64,000 nt of DNA, taken from positions 124,001 through 188,000 of the IMG/VR virus record IMGVR_UViG_3300023184_000024, one strand, 5' to 3'. Below the pieces are notes generated by a model. The model did no database searches. It was given only the letters and a program-made list of their open reading frames with translations, and was not told the DNA's origin. Numbering within the stretch: position 1 is the first letter of the stretch; every line of letters begins with the position of its first letter. Shown piece by piece: positions 6,452 through 13,443 of this stretch. Made by a program: the position numbers and the translations under genes.

Positions 6452-8011
6452 ATGTTTGATAATACTAAACCCAATATTGTAATCTTAACCGACCATACCG
6501 ACCCTTTACTGATGCTCAAGCTGTTTGGTGCCAGTAAAGTTGCCGCAGAATTGCGCATGGCCGGTTTTCAAGTGGCAGTGATTAATCACCTACATCTATT
6601 TACAGTAGAAGAAATTAAAAACATACTAGTACAACTAGTCAGTGATCAAACTGTGTTTGTTGGCACTAGTCCGTTTTTCTATAAAAATATCGAGAATGTG
6701 TTGACTGATCATGAATTTGATCACGAGCAAGGCGGTAAAAAATATGGAACCAAAGAATTAGGCAGTTTTTTGCCACACGGAATCAAGTACAATCAAGAAA
6801 TCAAGCACTTGATCAAAGGAATTAACCCCAACTGTAAGTTTGTCATTGGCGGCCCCGACGCACAAGATCGACAGTACAACAAAGACTACGATTATGTCAT
6901 TGTTGGCTACGGAGACAACAGTGGTCCCAATTTGGCCAGACATTTGGCCTACGGCGAACCTTTGGAAAAATCGCATCGTAGTTTGTACGGACCAGTCATT
7001 GTCGACGATAGATTGGCATCTAATTATAACTTTAATTCGTCGCTGATGAGCTACGAAGATCATGATGCTCTGCTGCCTGGAGAGACCATGCTGACCGAAA
7101 TTGCACGTGGTTGTATTTTCCGCTGTGGCTTTTGCAGTTACCCTCTGAATGGTAAGAAGAAATTAGATCATATTAAATTAGATGACATTCTCTATCAAGA
7201 ATTCATGGACAACTACGAAAAGTACGGTATAACAAGATACATGTTCAGTGATGATACCTACAACGACAGTGTAGATAAAATTAAGATGATGCATGCAGTC
7301 AGTAAACGTTTGCCATTTCAACTTGAATACTGGGCTTGCTTGCGTTTAGATTTACTAGGAGCACACCCCGAAACAATCGATTTGCTGTATGAAAGCGGTC
7401 TTCGTGCCATGATGTTTGGCATCGAAACACTGCATGAAAAAGCCAGTAAGATTATTGGCAAGGGCGGCAGTCGAGCCAAGCAAATTGCCACCATCAATTA
7501 CATCAAAGAAAAGTACGGCAACAATGTAATGATGCACGGGTCCTTTATATTTGGACTTCCTGAAGAGCCAATAGAGTCTATGTTGGACACAGCTGATCGA
7601 TTGGTGTCAGGAGAAATCAAACTTGACTCCTGGGCCATTCATGCATTTAGATTACAACACAAAGGTATGAGTTATACCAGCGAGTTTGATTTGAATCCTG
7701 AAAAGTATGGATACGAACCATACGATAATACATTAGGCGGCAATCGCCTAATTTGGAAAAACAAGTTTACCAACTTTTACGAGTGCGAGAAACTGGCACA
7801 AGAAACACTCAAGCGCGGCGCCATTAAACTAAAACTTAACAAAATTGCCGGTGTAACCAGTATGTTTATTGCAGGGCTGGGTTTTGATTTACAGTACTCG
7901 GCTAATAAAAACGTTGTAGACTTTGACTGGCATCAAATTGATTTGGCCAAACAACGACGCAGTGCAGAATACAAAGAATTGTTGTACAAACAACTCAACA
8001 TTCAACCATAA
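6452..8011 (+). CDS. B12-binding-type radical SAM protein
   Basis: ARGCIFRCGFC (CxxxCxxC), VIGGP, FSDDT, FGIET, FIFGLP motifs. Confidence 0.85.
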   Translation: MFDNTKPNIVILTDHTDPLLMLKLFGASKVAAELRMAGFQVAVINHLHLFTVEEIKNILVQLVSDQTVFVGTSPFFYKNIENVLTDHEFDHEQGGKKYGTKELGSFLPHGIKYNQEIKHLIKGINPNCKFVIGGPDAQDRQYNKDYDYVIVGYGDNSGPNLARHLAYGEPLEKSHRSLYGPVIVDDRLASNYNFNSSLMSYEDHDALLPGETMLTEIARGCIFRCGFCSYPLNGKKKLDHIKLDDILYQEFMDNYEKYGITRYMFSDDTYNDSVDKIKMMHAVSKRLPFQLEYWACLRLDLLGAHPETIDLLYESGLRAMMFGIETLHEKASKIIGKGGSRAKQIATINYIKEKYGNNVMMHGSFIFGLPEEPIESMLDTADRLVSGEIKLDSWAIHAFRLQHKGMSYTSEFDLNPEKYGYEPYDNTLGGNRLIWKNKFTNFYECEKLAQETLKRGAIKLKLNKIAGVTSMFIAGLGFDLQYSANKNVVDFDWHQIDLAKQRRSAEYKELLYKQLNIQP

Positions 8012-8014
8012 TCG

Positions 8015-8043
8015 TTGACTGCTGACTCAACATCTGTTATAAT
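8015..8043 (+). promoter_or_regulatory. sigma70-type promoter
   Basis: TTGACT-17-TATAAT with TG extension, upstream of tRNA-Leu. Confidence 0.85.
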
Positions 8044-8054
8044 ACAATAATTAA

Positions 8055-8131
8055 GCCCAGGTGATGGAATTGGTATACGTGTTGGTCTTAGAAGCCAAAT
8101 TTTGCGAGTTCGAGTCTCGCCCTGGGCACCA
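8055..8131 (+). tRNA. tRNA-Leu(TAG), short variable loop
   Basis: TTGGT-CT TAG AA-GCCAA, only 5-nt variable region, A73, CCA. Confidence 0.9.
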
Positions 8132-8139
8132 ATAAATGT

Positions 8140-8225
8140 GCGACTGTGGTGAAATAGGTAGACACAAAAGACTTAAAATCTTTCGCTGTAATGGCATGCC
8201 GGTTCGATTCCGGCCAGTCGCACCA
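8140..8225 (+). tRNA. tRNA-Leu(TAA)
   Basis: AAAGA-CT TAA AA-TCTTT, long variable arm, CCA. Confidence 0.95.
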
Positions 8226-8229
8226 ATAT

Positions 8230-8303
8230 GCTCCTGTAGTATAATGGTAATACACGCCCTTGGTAAGGGCGAGCCACAAGTTCAATTCTTGTCTGGAGCA
8301 CCA
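8230..8303 (+). tRNA. tRNA-Thr(GGT)
   Basis: CGCCC-TT GGT AA-GGGCG, CCA. Confidence 0.95.
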
Positions 8304-8307
8304 TATT

Positions 8308-8457
8308 ATGAAACTGTTCGAAGCAACAATAAAAATTAACGGTCGAGAATTCAAAGATCGTGTGGGCGCAAATAATGCCGAAGAAGCACGATTGCTTTTA
8401 CAACAACGTCATGGGCCTAGGGCAGTGCCTTATTTGCCCAAAATGATACCAAGTTAA
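8308..8457 (+). CDS. small hypothetical protein (49 aa)
   Basis: MKLFEATIKING... exactly fills the gap between two tRNAs. Confidence 0.6.
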   Translation: MKLFEATIKINGREFKDRVGANNAEEARLLLQQRHGPRAVPYLPKMIPS

Positions 8458-8459
8458 CA

Positions 8460-8549
8460 GGAAGCGTGGTCGAGTCTGGTTTATGGCAACAGTCTTGAAA
8501 ACTGTCGACTCGCAAGGGTCCGTGAGTTCGAATCTCACCGCTTCCACCA
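8460..8549 (+). tRNA. tRNA-Ser(TGA)
   Basis: ACAGT-CT TGA AA-ACTGT, long variable arm, CCA. Confidence 0.95.
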
Positions 8550-8564
8550 ATATGGAGTATTACT

Positions 8565-8864
8565 ATGTCAAACGAAAACGATAAATTCAACCATAGCAAG
8601 CGTTTGCTCAAAGATGACAATGCAGTCAACAAGCAGGTTAAAATTGCTAAATCACATGGGTTGACCAACAAGGACAAGGCAGTAAAAGAGCCACATCGTT
8701 TGGCCAAACATCATGCCATGGACTGTGGCCGTCCTGGGTGTATGCTATGTGGTAACCCACGCAAAACGTTTAAAGAACTCACTGCTCAGGAAAAACGACT
8801 GTATCAAGATGTTGACAATCCACCATCTAAGCATACAAACGGTACTTTGCCTCCTGAAGAATAA
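8565..8864 (+). CDS. basic hypothetical protein with Cys cluster
   Basis: GGAG RBS; CGRPGCMLCGNPR putative zinc-binding motif. Confidence 0.75.
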   Translation: MSNENDKFNHSKRLLKDDNAVNKQVKIAKSHGLTNKDKAVKEPHRLAKHHAMDCGRPGCMLCGNPRKTFKELTAQEKRLYQDVDNPPSKHTNGTLPPEE

Positions 8865-8867
8865 TAT

Positions 8868-8943
8868 GCCGCGGTAGCTCATCAGGTAGAGCAGCAGACT
8901 GAAAATCTGTGTGTGGCTGGTTCGAGTCCAGCTCGTGGCACCA
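8868..8943 (+). tRNA. tRNA-Phe(GAA)
   Basis: GCAGA-CT GAA AA-TCTGT, CCA. Confidence 0.95.
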
Positions 8944-8947
8944 ACAA

Positions 8948-9022
8948 CGGTCCTTAGTTCAATGGATAGAATGCTTGGCTTCGAACCAAGCGGTGTGGGT
9001 TCGATTCCTGCAGGACCGGCCA
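8948..9022 (+). tRNA. tRNA-Arg(TCG)
   Basis: CTTGG-CT TCG AA-CCAAG, CCA. Confidence 0.92.
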
Positions 9023-9032
9023 GGCCATATAT

Positions 9033-9764
9033 ATGTACATGCATTATGTACAGGAAATTAACCCTTGCCCCAGTGACTGGGCAACACAGTTTAAGTTAAC
9101 TGATTTCTATCAGCACATAGCCAAAGATTATAATCACGTAATCAGTAGTCACAAAGAAATGACTGTGTTAAAGGCAGCATTGCACCACACAGTGTACGAA
9201 ACTGGTCGCAGGTTTTGTGACCAATACGGCATACTCGATGCCACTCCGTACTATTACATTTTATCTTTGCTAGATATCAATCCAGAAAAAATTGTTGACC
9301 TAGGCTGTGGAGACAATGTTTTTTCCAAAACAATTCCTGGACTTGTTGGCATTGATGCTGATCCAAAAAGCAAGTGCGACATTCATGATTTTTTTGATCA
9401 AGATTTTGTCACGGGCCATAAAGAATTCTGTGATGCATTGATCACTATCAACACCATACATTTTTCATCGCTGGATACTATCACCCAAAGACTAAACTGG
9501 TGCCAACAGTTATTAAAACCCGGTGGGCGTGCTTTTGTTTCATTTAACATAGAAACTTGGTTAATGCACACAACAACACAACGATGTCAAGAATTATTTG
9601 GGCCTTGGCCCAGAGTTGAAGATGTAATTGCTTTTGTTGATCGGGCCGTCACCGATGCTGATTTAAAATTGTTGATCTATGATTTTCCTATATCACGGGT
9701 GTCTGCGGTGTCGAGCATACGTGACGACTACAATGGGAACATAAGATTGGTATTCCAAAAATGA
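9033..9764 (+). CDS. class I SAM-dependent methyltransferase
   Basis: IVDLGCG, GID, LLKPGG motifs. Confidence 0.8.
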   Translation: MYMHYVQEINPCPSDWATQFKLTDFYQHIAKDYNHVISSHKEMTVLKAALHHTVYETGRRFCDQYGILDATPYYYILSLLDINPEKIVDLGCGDNVFSKTIPGLVGIDADPKSKCDIHDFFDQDFVTGHKEFCDALITINTIHFSSLDTITQRLNWCQQLLKPGGRAFVSFNIETWLMHTTTQRCQELFGPWPRVEDVIAFVDRAVTDADLKLLIYDFPISRVSAVSSIRDDYNGNIRLVFQK

Positions 9765-10435
9765 TCAAACACGTATTTTTATTTTTTATTCCTGGGAGTG
9801 CCGGGAATTTTGTTTCAAGGTGTTTGAACTTGGTTGATGAGAATTGCCATTGTTGGGCAACCGAAGAACAAGCAGTTAGGTCACTGCCGATGACTCAAAG
9901 ACAAGACTTGCTGTGTTATACAGAACAAAAACAATATAAAAAATGGACGGACTTTGAACATCGACTTGAATTACACACTCGTCGATTTTTGCTAACAGAC
10001 CTGCCAGATAACTCAGTCAGTATTTGGCCAACCCACCCTGACTATGCTGTGCTCGATCGTGGCATTGCCGGCGGTGATGATCAATCATTTGTGTTTTACA
10101 TCGACCCCAGTGATAACATGGATTGGGTTGTGTTAAATGCGCTGTACAAAGACAGTTTTATCAATCGACGATGGTTAGAAATTGGAGAAAAGATGAGATT
10201 AGATTCAGAAATCAATAAAATTAACTTGACTAGCATCATCAATGGTGCTACAATATGTTGTAATGAGATTCAACGTATCTGCGACTTAATTGGCCAACCT
10301 TTTTCTGACCAAGCTAGATCAAGGATAATTGACCTTTGGCAACAGTGGCATAACACTACTTTGGCAAAAGATCGATTTGCTGAATTTCAAAAACAAATCG
10401 GGTTTAACCTAAGGAGTAATCATGTCCAAACTTAA
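9761..10435 (+). CDS. hypothetical protein
   Basis: 224-aa ORF coupled by ATGA overlap; N-terminal PGSAGN loop. Confidence 0.7.
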   Translation: MIKHVFLFFIPGSAGNFVSRCLNLVDENCHCWATEEQAVRSLPMTQRQDLLCYTEQKQYKKWTDFEHRLELHTRRFLLTDLPDNSVSIWPTHPDYAVLDRGIAGGDDQSFVFYIDPSDNMDWVVLNALYKDSFINRRWLEIGEKMRLDSEINKINLTSIINGATICCNEIQRICDLIGQPFSDQARSRIIDLWQQWHNTTLAKDRFAEFQKQIGFNLRSNHVQT

Positions 10436-10892
10436 CTTAGAAGAAGTTAAACGTTTCATTCAGGCCCAAGGTCCAGATACTAAAATTTATCTAGGTGCTG
10501 ACAGCGAGCGTTTTAAACTTGATAAAGTATGGTGGGCAGAATACACTGTGGCCATTGTGGTACACATCAACGGCAAGAATGGTTGTAAGATTTTTGGTGA
10601 GATATCCAAGGAACGTGACTATGATCAACGTGCAGACCGACCAAGCATGCGTTTAATGAACGAAGTTTATCGTGTCAGTGAAATGTTTCAACGCTTACAA
10701 GAAGCATTGGTTGACCGCAGTGTGGAAGTACATTTGGACATTAACCCCAATGAAATGCATGGATCGAGTTGTGTAATTCAACAGGCCATTGGATATATTC
10801 GCGGAACTTGCAATGTGATTCCAATGGTCAAACCCGATGCATTTGCCGCAAGCTACGCCGCAGATCGGTTGCGTAGTTTAAAAGTTGCTTAA
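10422..10892 (+). CDS. RNase H-like protein, YkuK/DUF458 family
   Basis: IYLGADS, EVHLDIN, KPDAFAASYAAD motifs; AAGGAG RBS. Confidence 0.8.
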   Translation: MSKLNLEEVKRFIQAQGPDTKIYLGADSERFKLDKVWWAEYTVAIVVHINGKNGCKIFGEISKERDYDQRADRPSMRLMNEVYRVSEMFQRLQEALVDRSVEVHLDINPNEMHGSSCVIQQAIGYIRGTCNVIPMVKPDAFAASYAADRLRSLKVA

Positions 10893-10905
10893 CTTGGAGA
10901 AAAAA

Positions 10906-11142
10906 ATGGCAAGAATTGTCAGTGAAGATGCTGTAAAAGCAGTGGAGAATCGATTCGATTTAGTTTTAATTGCGTCAAGACGAGTTCGAGAACTTCGTAA
11001 TGGATGGCAAAGGAAAGTAGACAGCGACAACGGTGATTTAGTCACTGCATTGCGTGAAATAGAGCAAGGATTGGTTGGTAGAGATTACTTACTTAAGCCC
11101 ACTGACATTGATCGGCGCAGGAAAAAAACTTCAGAGAAGTAA
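10906..11142 (+). CDS. rpoZ: RNA polymerase omega subunit homologue
   Basis: MARI..EDA...VENRFDLVLIASRR.REL, VTALREI signature. Confidence 0.9.
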   Translation: MARIVSEDAVKAVENRFDLVLIASRRVRELRNGWQRKVDSDNGDLVTALREIEQGLVGRDYLLKPTDIDRRRKKTSEK

Positions 11143-11215
11143 TTCAATAATAACTATATGATGAGTCAAATATAGGTCAAGTACATTGACCTATTACAAT
11201 TTTAAAGGAAAACAA

Positions 11216-12115
11216 ATGACAACAACAATCACAATCAAAGATAAAGCAGTAAACACCACATACCAAAATGTTACAGGATTAACAGGTGGTTCTGGAGATG
11301 GTGCCGTATTTGACGTTACAAAGACCAACGGGGTTTACTCTGTAGTTCTTGACAGTCTTGCCGCCAGCGCAGGACATGGCTATGTTGCCGGAGACACGAT
11401 CACTCTTGCTGGTACAGCATTGGGTGGCACAGTTACTAACAACTTAATCGTTACAGTAGCCACAGTTGGCACATCGGGTAAAATTGCTACGTTTGGCGTA
11501 GTAGGTACAGGTCGTGTCGGCGACGGCTCGGTTGATGTCACTGTAGATGTCACAGGCACCACAGGTGTTGACACATACACCATGGGTGGTGCTAGTACTG
11601 AATATACAATTACTAAGACTGCTGACAATGTAAAGTTAGCCAGCGGATTGGTTAGTAATATGGAATTCAACCTTGCTGATCATGAGCGTGTTGTGTTCAC
11701 GGACAAAGCTATTGCTTATGATGCCGCAGGTCGTGCAGGCGATGTGTATGCATTGTTGGCAGCCGCACTAGGTGTCGCTGATGTTACCAAAGCCTACACA
11801 GGTATTGGCATCGATCTTGCTGATAAAGGCTGGACAAATAAACAATTAGCAACAGCATTGTTGTCTACAGATGTTTACAAAACTGATGCTGGTGGTGTTA
11901 GTGATGAGACATTTATCAAGCACGTTTACAAGAATGTGTTTGGCACCGATGCTACACTAGCACAGGTCACAGACTACACAGCATGGATGACCAACAGCAA
12001 GTTGTCGCAGGCTGATGTGCTAGTTGCTGCCAGTGAGTTGTCTGCGTTTGAAACCACAATTGGCCTGGTTGGATTGGCAACCACTGGTATTGAGTATACT
12101 CCAGTAACAGTGTAA
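11216..12115 (+). CDS. Thr/Gly-rich surface protein with C-terminal DUF4214-like (S-layer-associated) domain
   Basis: ERVVFTDKAIAYD and SDETFIKHVYKNVFG motifs; AAAGGA RBS. Confidence 0.7.
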   Translation: MTTTITIKDKAVNTTYQNVTGLTGGSGDGAVFDVTKTNGVYSVVLDSLAASAGHGYVAGDTITLAGTALGGTVTNNLIVTVATVGTSGKIATFGVVGTGRVGDGSVDVTVDVTGTTGVDTYTMGGASTEYTITKTADNVKLASGLVSNMEFNLADHERVVFTDKAIAYDAAGRAGDVYALLAAALGVADVTKAYTGIGIDLADKGWTNKQLATALLSTDVYKTDAGGVSDETFIKHVYKNVFGTDATLAQVTDYTAWMTNSKLSQADVLVAASELSAFETTIGLVGLATTGIEYTPVTV

Positions 12116-12117
12116 CC

Positions 12118-12756
12118 TTGCCGGTACATTTAATCAATCCACTGCCGATATATCAAGAAGAGTCTGGCTATACTTTGTCAGACTCTGAATTATCGATACT
12201 CAACAATATCAAATATAACTCAGTGAGCAAGCCGTTTATCTGGGAATATGCATCAGAGTATACAATATTAGATCACCCTGGACTGGCAGATCTAAAGGCT
12301 GTATTACAACAGCACTTGGATAGGTATCGCAAAGAAATATGTGGTGTGGTTGATCAAGAGTTTTATATTACCAACAGTTGGTTAAGTAAAATCGAAGCTA
12401 TCCAAGGTAACTTATCTGAACATTCGCACGACAACAGTTTAATCAGTGGTGTGTTTTACATTGATGTCCCGCCCGACACTCCTTTGTGTTTTCGTAATCA
12501 TAGTCAGATTTTTAAAAAACATGATTTTTATTTTTCAAACAGTGTTGATACACAATACCGACAAGAAACATATTGTGTACCAGTAAAATCTGGAGACATT
12601 GTGCTATTCCCAAGTTGGGTAGATCATTACGTTGAAAAAAATCAAACAAGTCATGTTCGAAGAAGTTTGGCATTTGATAGTTTTGTTCGAGGGCTGTTTG
12701 ATGGTAAAATGTTGCACAACGATAAAACTGGTTTTAGTACGCTAATGATTAAATAA
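12118..12756 (+). CDS. putative 2OG-Fe(II) oxygenase (TIGR02466-like)
   Basis: HSH.NS.ISGVFY, GDIVLFPSWVDHYV, RRSLAF motifs. Confidence 0.8.
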   Translation: MPVHLINPLPIYQEESGYTLSDSELSILNNIKYNSVSKPFIWEYASEYTILDHPGLADLKAVLQQHLDRYRKEICGVVDQEFYITNSWLSKIEAIQGNLSEHSHDNSLISGVFYIDVPPDTPLCFRNHSQIFKKHDFYFSNSVDTQYRQETYCVPVKSGDIVLFPSWVDHYVEKNQTSHVRRSLAFDSFVRGLFDGKMLHNDKTGFSTLMIK

Positions 12757-12760
12757 AAGT

Positions 12761-13083
12761 TAAGACTGTATGAAGTAGAGAGAAAAGGATTCAAGACGCG
12801 GGGGCAGTGCCCGCCAGGTCCACCAAAAACACACTGCCAGTCGCGCTGGTTGTATGGTACTATTCTAGAAATAAGGTTCGAATCCTTAGTGTGTTTTTGA
12901 TGGGCCTGACACAGGATCGATTGGGTCAAGAGTATTGAAATGGACAGTCCGGCAATGTAGAAGCCGTTAGGGTTGGGGGAACTCGGCCGAAGACACAAAA
13001 ACCGTAAATGCAAACGACGAACAGTTCGCTTTAGCCGCCTAAACTCGGCTTAGGGTAGGAAATACCTCGTAACAGAAACCACC
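12761..13083 (+). ncRNA. ssrA: two-piece (circularly permuted) tmRNA
   Basis: acceptor piece ends ...GCGGG-GGCAGTG-CCCGC-CAGGTCC-ACCA (12825) before the coding piece starting GGGCCTG (12902); G3:U70; tag ANDEQFALAA* at 13010-13042; 5' end approximate. Confidence 0.92.
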
Positions 13084-13107
13084 AGCCCGCTTCGGCGGGC
13101 TTTTTTT
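13084..13107 (+). terminator. intrinsic terminator
   Basis: AGCCCGC-TTCG-GCGGGCT followed by a T run. Confidence 0.9.
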
Positions 13108-13120
13108 CTTGGAGTAAACT

Positions 13121-13360
13121 ATGGGCAATCAAACCGATTATTTTGAACGCATTGGCTACAAACCCACCTGGTATCTAGGAGATAGGGTGTTTGGGCATTG
13201 GAATAAAATTCCTTTTGTTGGAACAGTGGGCAATGATACTGTGATTAATCATACTGAAGGGCCACGGATCACTATTCATTTAGACCTTCCCATCAAGTAC
13301 AAGAGTCAAATACACAATATTATTGTAGTTAATCATAAAGATATCAAGCTTTACAAGTAA
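13121..13360 (+). CDS. hypothetical protein
   Basis: GGAG RBS, 79-aa ORF. Confidence 0.7.
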   Translation: MGNQTDYFERIGYKPTWYLGDRVFGHWNKIPFVGTVGNDTVINHTEGPRITIHLDLPIKYKSQIHNIIVVNHKDIKLYK

Positions 13361-13443
13361 TAATCTAACAAAATAGTAGATTTTGCATCATTATGCGGGC
13401 AAACAAAAAGCATAAATATCCGTAACAACGGAGCGAATCTACA

